Of a stretch of DNA of 13,585 nt, positions 1 to 7,967 are shown piece after piece. The notes beneath the pieces were generated by a model, which was given only the letters and a program-made list of their open reading frames with translations, searched no databases and had not been told where the DNA came from. Each line of letters begins with the position of its first letter. Position 1 is the first letter of the stretch. The stretch is taken from the IMG/VR virus record IMGVR_UViG_2778261251_000022; one strand, given 5' to 3'. The DNA is from a virus (lineage: Duplodnaviria; Heunggongvirae; Uroviricota; Caudoviricetes). The position numbers and the translations under genes were made by a program.

Positions 1-291
1 TTATCTGGTGTGGTCGTAGTTCTGCCGTAGTCGTTCACCCTCAGCGCAATGACGCGGTTTTTTAACGCCGCTGGTAACGCAACGCGGGCAGGTCATGACG
101 TGGCTGATATACGCATCACGGGCAGCCAGCCACGTCGCTGACGGGGCGCACATATCCGCCAGCGCCTGGCCGTTGCTGGTGGTGTTGTCTTCCGGCCATG
201 TTTCGGGCTGGTGCGCTTCCGGTAAATCCGGTGCAGGTAATGCCCGGATAAACTCACACAATGCATCCGGCAGGCTGAATAACTTATGCAT
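1..291 (-). pseudogene. 96-aa ORF resembling an internal segment of the helicase at 991..2829; probable remnant or duplicated fragment
   Basis: Protein ...CEFIRAL...SNGQALADMC... parallels helicase ...PEFVRWL...SNGQTLADMY.... DNA 151..180 matches 1531..1560 at 29 of 30 nt, then diverges with an indel. TAA stop at 1..3 comes far earlier than in the helicase. Start at 291 (cat at 289..291 on plus). Confidence 0.35.
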
Positions 292-715
292 AAATCTGAT
301 GTTCTGAATCGCTGAAAACGTGCGTTTTATGGCGTTTTTTCGTGATTTCTGCGTGTTCTGATGTGCTCATTTCGCTGTATCCCTTGTGTGGCGCGGGCTG
401 CGCGTGTGTTTCGGTGTTCTTTTTTACCGCCAGAAAACGGTAATCAGGCATATAAACACGGCTGTAAGCCGCGCCGCGTCTGGCTTCGCGTGATTTTGTG
501 CGTCAAAAAGTGCATTTTTGCCCTTAAAAAGCGTTATTCGTAATTCACTGGTAAATGCTCCGCAGGCCGCGCCATTGCTGGCCTTTTCGCTATTCTGTGT
601 GGTTTTGCTGTTTAACCCGTTTTGCACACTAAAATTGCCTTGCATCCCGCGCCACGTAAGGGATTGCCGGGTTTTTATGTTGCGTTTTTTGCCGTGCGTA
701 ATATTGTGCAAGTTG

Positions 716-957
716 GTGGGACTGGTGGGAACTGTGGGAACCGCCTAGAACCACGCGGCTTTCAGTGGTTCCCACCAGTTCCCACGTTGGCTTTTTGTGG
801 GAACCGTGGCGGTTATTTTTTGTTCTTTGCGGTTCCCACCAGTTCCCGCAGAGTTCCCACTCAAAAACGAACAATAATCATACTGATGGTTTTATTATTT
901 ACTGATTTATATATGTTTTATTTTTACGGTTCCCACAGTTCCCACCAGTCCCACCAC
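716..957. repeat. Iteron cluster: about 12 copies of octamer GTTCCCAC/GTGGGAAC in both orientations around an AT-rich core (861..927); probable replication origin (P4 ori/crr-like)
   Basis: Copies read directly at 716-722, 725-732, 734-741, 797-804 (GTGGGAAC orientation) and 768-775, 778-785, 832-839, 842-849 (variant), 853-860, 929-936, 938-945, 948-954 (GTTCCCAC orientation). Lies immediately downstream of the helicase gene. Confidence 0.7.
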
Positions 958-990
958 TTTTTCAGTTTTTAAAAACGCAATTTTTGTGAA

Positions 991-2829
991 TTATTCATCA
1001 ATTGCGAATAACAATGCATTCTGGCCGATGGCGTAAACGCGGTGTTTCTCCCCGTTAACGGAAACGCGTTTTGTGTATCGGCGTTTCCCGTCCGTGTCGC
1101 GGTCAACAATCGCGCCAGCATCGTCAAGACTGGCCGCTATGCGTTTCAGGTCGTAGCCGCTGGCCGCCTCACATAGTGCTTCCGGTAAAAACCAGTAAAC
1201 CCGCTCGCCGTTGCTCCCCGGTCGCCACCATCCGGCGCGGGTGCTTACTGGTTCGCTGTATGTGCTGCCCCCTTCAAAGCGTGAAGCATGGCGGGCGATA
1301 AACCCCGCGACGGCCCGGAGTATTTTCACGTCCTCCGATTGCCCCCGCCCACGATAGTCCGCCCACGCATCAAACATCGCTTTCACTGCCTCCAGTGCTT
1401 CGCCCTGTTTCCACGGCAGAATCCCGGCAGTTATCGCCATTTCCCCGGCCAGTGCGCACAGTGTGAAACGCGCGGCGGCGCGTGCCTCCTGTCCGGTGCT
1501 TACGGGGAATTGTTCGCGCAGTATGGCGTACATATCCGCCAGCGTCTGGCCGTTGCTGTCGGTGCTGGTGGTGTCACTTTCATTGCGGGAAATCAGCCAG
1601 CGCACAAACTCCGGCCCGGCGTGGCCGTAATGGGTAGCCGCATTACCGCGCAGTGTTTCGGCAAATTTCCGGCCTGCTCCCCGGCGTTCTGTGTCGTTGT
1701 CGGGGTTGTGGGGTAGTGCCATTCCGTGAAGACAGTCAAATGCCCCGTAAAGCCGCTGTGCCGGAATATCCAGTAACCGCATTTCCTGCCCGGCCTTGAT
1801 GCGCTGGCCGCCGCTTTCCATGTGTTTACCCACGGTCATTTCCCCGGTGGAAATAATCATGGTGCGCCATGTGTTGACCGGGCGGGCCATGCCGGACACC
1901 TTGCCACGCTGACGGCCTGTTCCGTTGCCAAGCTGATAAATCAGCCCGCCAATATCTCTGGCCGGGGCTTCGCCAATTTCATCCAGTATCAGCGCGGTAT
2001 CGTTCCGCATGGTTGCCAGCCCTTCAAGCCCGGTGCTGGTGGCGTTCCAGTTGCGTTTAAAGTTGCGGGGTTCTCCCCATACGCTACAGGCCACCAGCGC
2101 CCCCACGCTTTTCCCGCTGGAACTGTCGCCCATGAAATGAAATCCGCCGCTGTCCACATCAAGCAACCACAGCAACGGCCCGGCGAGCGATGCACACACG
2201 GCCAGCATGGTTACCGGGTTTCCCCGGCATAATGCGGCCACGTTGTCGCGCCAGCCCTCCGGCGTTCCTGCGGTGGCGTACTCCTGTGAGCCTGCTTCTG
2301 TTGACTGAAACACCACATCACCATCACCGATAACCCCGCCCGGCATGACAAACAGGGCCGGGGAGTGCCACCCGGTGGCCGTGGCCGCGAGCGCCCGGCG
2401 TTTTGGTGCTGACTCCATGATGTATTCAGTCAGTGCCTGCCGTTGTTTGTAGGGAATGGTAACGCCCATGCGTAGCAGTTCCTGCCGGAGTTCTCCGCCG
2501 TCTCCGGCGAGCATTTCCATCGGTGCGGCCCATTCCCGCCACTGGCCTGACGGCGTGAGAAAACGGAGTAATCGCCCGTAGTTTTCGTCTTTGCTGTCGC
2601 TGGTCATGGCGATGACCTCCAGCGGGGAACATATAAACGTGTCTGTGTTGGTTGAGTCGCGCACGCCGTGCCAGTAAAGGCCGGGTTTCAGTATCTGGCC
2701 GCCGTCCACCTGTACATGCTGCGAATAAGTGGCGTAGCCCGGACGCGCCGGGCTGACTTTGGGGTGTTTCTTGCGTGGTGGTTTTCTCTTCCCGGATGTG
2801 ACCGGGGTTTTAGTGGTTGTCCGGGTCAT
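991..2829 (-). CDS. Replicative helicase / P-loop NTPase (P4 alpha C-terminal-like, D5/DUF927-type)
   Basis: 612-aa ORF. Walker A GDSSSGKS and Walker B ALILDEIGE visible in the translation. Sits directly downstream of the primase, overlapping its 3' end by 20 nt. ATG at 2829. Confidence 0.8.
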   Translation of the reverse strand: MTRTTTKTPVTSGKRKPPRKKHPKVSPARPGYATYSQHVQVDGGQILKPGLYWHGVRDSTNTDTFICSPLEVIAMTSDSKDENYGRLLRFLTPSGQWREWAAPMEMLAGDGGELRQELLRMGVTIPYKQRQALTEYIMESAPKRRALAATATGWHSPALFVMPGGVIGDGDVVFQSTEAGSQEYATAGTPEGWRDNVAALCRGNPVTMLAVCASLAGPLLWLLDVDSGGFHFMGDSSSGKSVGALVACSVWGEPRNFKRNWNATSTGLEGLATMRNDTALILDEIGEAPARDIGGLIYQLGNGTGRQRGKVSGMARPVNTWRTMIISTGEMTVGKHMESGGQRIKAGQEMRLLDIPAQRLYGAFDCLHGMALPHNPDNDTERRGAGRKFAETLRGNAATHYGHAGPEFVRWLISRNESDTTSTDSNGQTLADMYAILREQFPVSTGQEARAAARFTLCALAGEMAITAGILPWKQGEALEAVKAMFDAWADYRGRGQSEDVKILRAVAGFIARHASRFEGGSTYSEPVSTRAGWWRPGSNGERVYWFLPEALCEAASGYDLKRIAASLDDAGAIVDRDTDGKRRYTKRVSVNGEKHRVYAIGQNALLFAIDE

Positions 2830-3853
2830 GCTCCATTTCCCATAGCATCAAATCGTTAAAGTCGGAAAGGTCTGGTGATGCACCGGGCGGCCATTCCGGG
2901 AATGTGACGTAACACCCGGCCAGCAATGCGGCTTCGTTGGCTGCTCTGGAACCGGGGTTATCTTTTGATGCCCGGTCATCATCCCCGGCGATAACGAGAG
3001 ATATGCGCGAGCCGTATCGCTCACGCAGCGCCATAGCCACATGTTTAAGGTTTCCCGCATTCATGGCACACACCACGGCCATGACGTTCCAGTACTGGAG
3101 AAGGGCGGCCCCGGTGGCCCACCCCTCACACACGTAAACGTCATGTTCCGGCGCTTCCGGGGCCATCAGGTCAAAGCTCCCCATAACATGGAAAGCCCCC
3201 TGCACCTGACCATCACGGAGAAACATTTTTCGACCGTCCGGGCTGATAATCTGCACGTTCACCACTTCGCCGCATACGTTGTACAGCGGGACAAGCAAAT
3301 CATTACCTGACTGATACAGATTGCCGGGCTGTAGCCGTTTTTTCATGAGATAGGGATGAGAAGGGTTTGCCACCTCCGCCCGGCCAAGCAACTCAAAGGC
3401 CCGGCAGGCGGTCAGTTTCTGGCGCTGGTGGCGCTGTTGCTGTTCCCGCTGGCGGAGTCTGGCCGCCTCCTGTTCTGCGGCCTGTACCCGCACCCGTTGC
3501 GCCTCCCGTTGTTCGCGGGTCATTACATCAGGTTTGCCCAGCGCGGGCAGGCACAGCCCCAGCCTGTCCGCCACAATACGGGCGGCATCAGTCTGCCGCA
3601 CATTCCATAAATAAGCCCCCAGCGCCACAAGGTCGCCGCCGCTGTCCCCGGTGGCGAAGTCGTGCCAGCATCCGTCCACCAGCGAGACGGAAAAACTGCC
3701 CGCGTGACGGTCTGCACGCGTGGGGTTACGACACACCCATTCAGTGGCCTGCCGTTTACCTTCGGGCAGCCATTCGGGAACAAGGATTTCTGCATGTTGT
3801 GCCGCCACTGCGGCAACGCTACGGATTGCGTTAATCGTGGCTATGTCACGCAT
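2810..3853 (-). CDS. DNA primase, zinc-binding + Toprim domain (P4 alpha N-terminal-like)
   Basis: Cys/His cluster CRNPTRADRH...GCWHDF. Toprim motifs VYVCEGWATG (conserved Glu) and LVIAGDDDRASKDNPG. Start moved from the 4003 ORF start to ATG at 3853 (MRDIATINAIRS...), which has GGGAGGA upstream and abuts the TGA stop (3846..3848) of the preceding ORF. Confidence 0.85.
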   Translation of the reverse strand: MRDIATINAIRSVAAVAAQHAEILVPEWLPEGKRQATEWVCRNPTRADRHAGSFSVSLVDGCWHDFATGDSGGDLVALGAYLWNVRQTDAARIVADRLGLCLPALGKPDVMTREQREAQRVRVQAAEQEAARLRQREQQQRHQRQKLTACRAFELLGRAEVANPSHPYLMKKRLQPGNLYQSGNDLLVPLYNVCGEVVNVQIISPDGRKMFLRDGQVQGAFHVMGSFDLMAPEAPEHDVYVCEGWATGAALLQYWNVMAVVCAMNAGNLKHVAMALRERYGSRISLVIAGDDDRASKDNPGSRAANEAALLAGCYVTFPEWPPGASPDLSDFNDLMLWEMEHDPDNH

Positions 3854-4160
3854 GTTGCCCGTCCTCCCTGATTTCCCCGGTGCGGCAGCGCCAGTTATAC
3901 GCCTCCACAACCTCACTGAATCCGGCCACAAGTTCAGCCGTAACAGCGATGGAATCGCCCAGGCTGCGTAGTTCATTTGGACCAAGAGCATTATTGTCGC
4001 CAATTACCGAAAGTAGCCGCCCTGTGCCAGCCAGCGCATCAAGCAGTTTGCGGGCGCAGTAATCCGCATCATCAAACATTGCGCGGGCTTCCTGTGCGTC
4101 TGCGTTTTTGATGGCCGCAACCAGTAGTTCAGGTATCCGGGTGTTATACATATCACGCAT
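3846..4160 (-). CDS. Hypothetical small protein (104 aa) in the operon upstream of the primase
   Basis: ORF with GGGGAGG RBS upstream of ATG at 4160. Stop abuts primase start. Its start overlaps the stop of the 4153..4449 ORF. No recognisable motif. Confidence 0.6.
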   Translation of the reverse strand: MRDMYNTRIPELLVAAIKNADAQEARAMFDDADYCARKLLDALAGTGRLLSVIGDNNALGPNELRSLGDSIAVTAELVAGFSEVVEAYNWRCRTGEIREDGQHA

Positions 4161-4449
4161 GGCTTACCTCCCCGGCCTGCTGGTCGTAACACTCCATCAG
4201 TTCGGCCATACAGCCAATGAGGGCAGGGGCTGTCTGTAGAAATCCGGCTAACTGGCAGATCTCGTCTCTGGAATAGGTGATGGGGTTTTCGCGTAACTGG
4301 CTTTCCTCCAGTGCCTTACCAACAAAGGCAATCCCCGCAAGTAAATTCACTCTGTGCCAGTCTGCATCAACGCGCAGACTCCAGCGGCTTTCTTCGTCCG
4401 GCATACTGCTCATGGCGGCTTTCATTGACTCACGCAGACAATCACGCAT
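4153..4449 (-). CDS. Hypothetical small protein (about 98 aa)
   Basis: Internal ATG at 4449 chosen (MRDCLRESMK...) because the longer 4530 start would overlap the upstream 65-aa gene. Stop at 4153..4155 sits 2 nt from the next ATG (4160). Start is uncertain (4449 vs 4530). Confidence 0.5.
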   Translation of the reverse strand: MRDCLRESMKAAMSSMPDEESRWSLRVDADWHRVNLLAGIAFVGKALEESQLRENPITYSRDEICQLAGFLQTAPALIGCMAELMECYDQQAGEVSHA

Positions 4450-4639
4450 GACGCACCCCCTGAGCCGGAACGCGGCCAGCAAACAGCAACACAAAATCAC
4501 GCGCCAGCATACGGCGGGCGGTTGTTTCATCGGGTGCGTTGACGGATTCGCGGTGTGGGCGGTCGTTCAGGTCGGAACGGCGAACAGCCAGAAAGTGAAA
4601 GGTAAATTCAGGGTGTAACGGGGTTGGGGTCGTAGCCAT
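4442..4639 (-). CDS. Hypothetical small protein (65 aa), first gene of the leftward operon
   Basis: C-terminal part of the 201-aa track ORF. ATG at 4639 is preceded by a strong AAAAGGAGG RBS. The longer N-terminal extension runs through structured, GC-rich intergenic DNA and is judged spurious. Confidence 0.55.
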   Translation of the reverse strand: MATTPTPLHPEFTFHFLAVRRSDLNDRPHRESVNAPDETTARRMLARDFVLLFAGRVPAQGVRHA

Positions 4640-5065
4640 TCTGGCAGCCTCCTTTTGCAAATTTAAGGAGTCACCGCCTGAGTTCCTACACTCATAAGGG
4701 GCGGTGACGCTGGCAGGGGTAGGAATACCGGCGCAAAAGGAAACCGGCCAGCCTTTCGGCTGCCCCACCAGCGCCACCATAGATACAGTGCGGGTCTTGC
4801 CGCTGTGCATGGGTGCGCGATGGCACGACACAAAAAAAGACGCTGGGCGCGTCTGTGTCGCCTTTTGCTCATTAAACGGGTTCCTACGCCCGGCTGGTGG
4901 ATTTACACCAGCGGGGGAAATATAACGCCCACCAGCGATGGCAGGCAAGCAATATTTGCGGTTGCCGCCCATCCCGTGGGGCGTGTGGTGGTTGTTTTGG
5001 GCGTGAGAACGCCCCGGCCCTGTTACGGGCCTTTCTGGCATTTTCATAATGATTATCGCGGTTGG
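4640..5065 (-). promoter_or_regulatory. Structured leader / promoter region between the alpA-like gene and the small-gene/primase operon (candidate immunity or regulatory RNA region)
   Basis: About 425 bp without a convincing ORF. Several stem-loops: GTCACCGCC(4672-4680)/GGCGGTGAC(4702-4710); GCTGGTG...CACCAGC near 4890-4915; GGGCGT-gaga-ACGCCC near 5002-5017. Plus the terminator at 4827..4859. Confidence 0.4.
4827..4859 (-). terminator. Intrinsic-terminator-like hairpin followed by a T7 run on the minus strand
   Basis: Minus strand reads AGACGC-GCCCA-GCGTCT then TTTTTTT (plus 4832..4854). Lies within the alpA to small-gene intergenic leader. Confidence 0.45.
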
Positions 5066-5320
5066 TTAGTGGCTGGTGGGTTCTTTGTTTTTTTGCGCTC
5101 TGGCGATAATTTCTGCCATTACGTTATTGCGTTCCTCCACGCGGGCCGCAAGCCATGCATTAACTTCGGATTCAAACCATCCAACGCGGCGCAGCCCGCG
5201 ACGAAAGCCGGGGATAAATTCGCCAGCCCGAATCATGTCGTCAATGCTGGTAGTGGAACGAAGGCGCAGACGCGCAGCAACCTCGCGTTTGGTGAGGATT
5301 TTATCTTGTGTGGTGTCCAT
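5066..5320 (-). CDS. alpA: AlpA/Vis-family small DNA-binding regulator (excisionase-like HTH)
   Basis: 84 aa from ATG 5320 with AAGAGG RBS. Sequence KREVAARLRLRSTTSIDDMIRAGEFIPGFRRGLRRVGWFESEVNAWLAAR fits the AlpA/prophage-regulatory-protein pattern. Position next to the integrase module is typical. Confidence 0.75.
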   Translation of the reverse strand: MDTTQDKILTKREVAARLRLRSTTSIDDMIRAGEFIPGFRRGLRRVGWFESEVNAWLAARVEERNNVMAEIIARAQKNKEPTSH

Positions 5321-5453
5321 GATATTTCGCCTCTTAATTGTATTAATTGGCCCTAACTGGCCATAACAATATGGAAGCACAAGAAGGCGTGAAATTGCCG
5401 GACATGTCCATCAGATGGCTGACATGTCCGGCGTATACTCATTCGTGAATTGA

Positions 5454-6332
5454 CTAATCAACCTTAAACCAGCGTCGCATGGTTTTTTGTGAGGGCAGAG
5501 ATAAACCAGCTTTGCAAAAATCGTTTTCTAATTCTGTTGGCTGGCCCTTGGTTTTGTCTTCTCTTACATGAAGCCATGGTTTGCCTCGCTTCGTTTCATC
5601 CTTGTAATACAGATAAAGCAAATCATCCACAAAAGCAGGCAGTGCGCTTCTTGGGTCTGGTTGTGTCGTCGGTGATGGTAGTTTTTTGGTTATGCACCCC
5701 ATTAACATCCCGTTAGCGCAATCTCTCCCGCCATCCTTAAGGATTTCGATTTCTTCGGCGGTAATAAACAGGTCATCAATGCTTACATCGAGTGGACTGG
5801 AATCAAAAGTAATCATCGGGCTGAGGGAATAATCGTCACCGTCAGTGTTCATTGTCCTTGGCTTTCCAAGAGAAAAACGAGCCGATGACTTTCCATATTT
5901 TACAAAATCATAAAAAGGCATGGATTTGGTCAGGTTGCATATGGACATTAACCCTTCTATGGTCAAGTACCTGTATCCCATTAAAGGTATTTGGTTTTTC
6001 GGAATACCTCTGGGACGTTCTTCACTGATAAACAGAATTGCTGTTGTGACTTCAAAATCTCCCGCGCTATATGGTGTATAGACGGTAAATGGTAGCTGAC
6101 ACAGTGAATCGCCAAGCGGTTTAAATAAAACATACTTATCAGTTGATTTAGTTTCATAATGGTTAAACAGGTCAATTTCAGCCCGCCACCTTCCTGATAT
6201 ATGTGTACAAATCTCCAGCATTCCTATGTCAGCAAAATGAAGCAAATCATCAACACTGCACTTATTGGAGTTTGCAGTCAGATAACTGGCCGCATCGCGT
6301 AGTGAGTAAAACAATCTTTTAGGTAATGCCAT
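5454..6332 (-). CDS. Hypothetical protein (292 aa), cargo gene between integrase and alpA
   Basis: ORF whose ATG (6332) lies 2 nt after the integrase TAA stop (6334..6336). Visibly more AT-rich than the flanking backbone. No motif recognised. Confidence 0.65.
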   Translation of the reverse strand: MALPKRLFYSLRDAASYLTANSNKCSVDDLLHFADIGMLEICTHISGRWRAEIDLFNHYETKSTDKYVLFKPLGDSLCQLPFTVYTPYSAGDFEVTTAILFISEERPRGIPKNQIPLMGYRYLTIEGLMSICNLTKSMPFYDFVKYGKSSARFSLGKPRTMNTDGDDYSLSPMITFDSSPLDVSIDDLFITAEEIEILKDGGRDCANGMLMGCITKKLPSPTTQPDPRSALPAFVDDLLYLYYKDETKRGKPWLHVREDKTKGQPTELENDFCKAGLSLPSQKTMRRWFKVD

Positions 6333-6333
6333 A

Positions 6334-7608
6334 TTATTCACCAACCACTTTTAAGCCACGAAAACCGCCAGTTGCACTAAGGCTTCCGGTTGCTGCCTGT
6401 TCGATAAAATCACCCCACCACGCCATCAGTGGGCGGCGTTGCTCCAGATATGTGGAGCGATTGTAAGCCCGTCTCACCGTGTCCTTATCCAGATGGGAAA
6501 GCGCAGCCTCTATTACATCTGGCGGGAACCCCTGTTCATTAAGCGCCGTACTTGCTACAGAGCGTAAACCATGCGCCACCAGCTTTCCGGTATACCCCAT
6601 GCGCCTGATAGCGGCGTTTGCGGTCTGTTGATGCATCCCACGCATGGGGTCGCTGTTATGTGGAAAAACAAACTTTCGATGCCCGCTGATTGGGCGCATG
6701 GCTTCAAGAATGGCCATTGCCTGATTATTCAGGGGGACAATGTGCTCCCTTCGTTGTTTTAGTCGCCCGGCTGATATACGCCACACTCTGGCATCTGCAT
6801 CTATCTCGCTCCACTGTGCCCCGGCTGCCTCGCATGGGCGGCAAATAGTTAATAATTGCCATTCAATAACAAGACGCGTTTGAAGTTCTGCGCGAGCCGT
6901 TGCCAGTTTTTGCATAAATTCCGGCAACTCATCAGGCCTGATTGTTGGCATGTGTTTAACTACAGGTGGGTTGAATGCCTTGCTGATTTGAGCGGCGGGA
7001 TTAGCTGGAATTAATCCAATATTCACTGCGTAATACATAACCTCATTGATTCTTTGTGCCAGCCGTCGCACCGTATCCGCTTTGCCCTGTGCTGATACAG
7101 GTTTCAGGGCTTCGATAAAATCCCGTGCAACCAGTTCTGTGATTGGGCGATGGCCTATGGGTGGCAGCACATGACGCTCAAGAGAACGCCATATATCACG
7201 GAGTGTATTTGCCGCCAGATTCTGGCCGCGCTTTACTTCAAACCATTCTTCGGCCACGCGCTGAAATGTGTTTAATCGCCGTATTTCATCATCCCGGCGT
7301 TGTTTTTCCCTGTGTTCTTTGGGGTCAGTTCCATTTGCGACCAGTGAGCGATACTCGTCTTTAATCCTGCGAGCATCGGCAATGCTGATTTCGGGATATG
7401 CACCAAGGCTTAACATTGCCCGTTTTTTGGTGTGTGGCTTGTAGTACCGGAACCGCCATAAGGCTGATGCGCTACCCGCTTTCACAACTAACTCCAGCCC
7501 ATCGCCATCCGTGATAAATAAATCCTTCTCGGCGGTGAGCGATTTCTTCTGCAAACTTTTAATCGTCGCTGGTGTAAGTAATTTTGTGTTTTTGGCCACT
7601 GGTTGCAT
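6334..7608 (-). CDS. int: Tyrosine site-specific integrase (P4-type, with N-terminal arm-binding domain)
   Basis: 424 aa. N-terminal WRFRYY motif. C-terminal catalytic signature AHGLRSV...LSHLDKDTVRRAYNRSTY (R, H-x-x-R, H, Y). 5' end faces the tRNA fragment. Confidence 0.9.
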   Translation of the reverse strand: MQPVAKNTKLLTPATIKSLQKKSLTAEKDLFITDGDGLELVVKAGSASALWRFRYYKPHTKKRAMLSLGAYPEISIADARRIKDEYRSLVANGTDPKEHREKQRRDDEIRRLNTFQRVAEEWFEVKRGQNLAANTLRDIWRSLERHVLPPIGHRPITELVARDFIEALKPVSAQGKADTVRRLAQRINEVMYYAVNIGLIPANPAAQISKAFNPPVVKHMPTIRPDELPEFMQKLATARAELQTRLVIEWQLLTICRPCEAAGAQWSEIDADARVWRISAGRLKQRREHIVPLNNQAMAILEAMRPISGHRKFVFPHNSDPMRGMHQQTANAAIRRMGYTGKLVAHGLRSVASTALNEQGFPPDVIEAALSHLDKDTVRRAYNRSTYLEQRRPLMAWWGDFIEQAATGSLSATGGFRGLKVVGE

Positions 7609-7719
7609 CCCGAAACAGGTTTAAGGCATACGAGATTGCTTCTGTTTGTGAGGATATGCCTTGATGTATGCCTAAAGAATCTGGCTTATACCTTAGCAAA
7701 CTGGCCAAAACTGGACAAT

Positions 7720-7755
7720 AAAAAACCCGCAAGCCTTGTGTGGCGCGGGTTTCGT
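7720..7755 (-). terminator. Intrinsic-terminator-like hairpin with T6 run on the minus strand, downstream of the tRNA fragment
   Basis: Minus strand: CCCGCGCC-acacaa-GGCTTGCGGG followed by TTTTTT. Located about 45 nt 3' of the tRNA CCA end. Confidence 0.5.
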
Positions 7756-7796
7756 CTGATTAACTGGCCGTATCTGATACTAACCGAATGTCAATT

Positions 7797-7843
7797 TGGT
7801 GGCCCCTGCTGGACTTGAACCAGCGACCAAGCGATTATGAGTC
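7797..7843 (-). tRNA. Partial tRNA: 3' 47 nt only (anticodon loop CUCAUAA with anticodon CAU, variable loop, T-arm, acceptor 3' strand, CCA); probable att core/direct repeat, not a functional gene
   Basis: Minus strand reads ACTCATAATCGCTTGGTCGCTGGTTCAAGTCCAGCAGGGGCCACCA: T-stem GCTGG/CCAGC with loop TTCAAGT, acceptor GGGGCC plus ACCA. The 5' half (acceptor 5' strand, D-arm, 5' anticodon stem) is absent, as upstream is ...gcctcatg. From memory it matches the 3' part of enterobacterial tRNA-Ile2 (ileX/ileY type); this is unverified. Confidence 0.8.
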
Positions 7844-7967
7844 ATGAGGCAAGTTCGTTCTATATTGTTTTTGTTTGTTCGTAATTGCTTTATTAGTTGT
7901 TTATAATCAATGAATTATGTAATTTTCTCTGTCTCCGCTTGGTTCCGTTTTTTCTTCATTGTACGAT

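Noticed and set aside
716-957. Possibility that the octamer repeats are a CRISPR array
   Set aside because: The repeat unit is only 8-9 bp, occurs in both orientations, and has no regular spacers of 28-40 bp, which is consistent with iterons and not CRISPR.
361-972. ORFs 361..543, 424..711, 518..748, 622..972 and 629..874
   Set aside because: They overlap the iteron/AT-rich origin region and mutually exclude one another; repeat-driven open frames are the likelier explanation. A 29-aa ORF at 284..370 with a modest RBS may be real but is too short to call.
1071-2232. Plus-strand ORFs 1071..1301, 1288..1716 and 1822..2232 (76-142 aa)
   Set aside because: They are antisense to the helicase gene, which has clear Walker A and B motifs, and have no RBS or motif support.
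3367-3834. 155-aa proline/arginine-rich plus-strand ORF (and neighbours 3356..3610, 3662..3871, 3720..3971)
   Set aside because: They lie antisense within the well-supported primase gene. Their low-complexity composition is typical of spurious ORFs in GC-rich antisense frames.
4442-5047. 201-aa minus-strand ORF spanning the intergenic leader
   Set aside because: The N-terminal 136 aa run through structured, hairpin-rich DNA and across a terminator-like element. Only the C-terminal 65 aa, with a strong AAGGAGG RBS at 4639, was kept.
4805-5356. 183-aa plus-strand ORF
   Set aside because: It is antisense to the AlpA-like gene and the leader region, with no RBS or motif; AlpA on the opposite strand has a recognisable HTH pattern.
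7603-7818. 71-aa plus-strand ORF
   Set aside because: It runs through the terminator hairpin and the tRNA fragment in the att-flanking intergenic DNA and has no RBS.
7797-7843. A complete functional tRNA gene
   Set aside because: Only the 3' 47 nt are present; the sequence where the D-arm and 5' acceptor strand should be cannot pair with the acceptor 3' strand.
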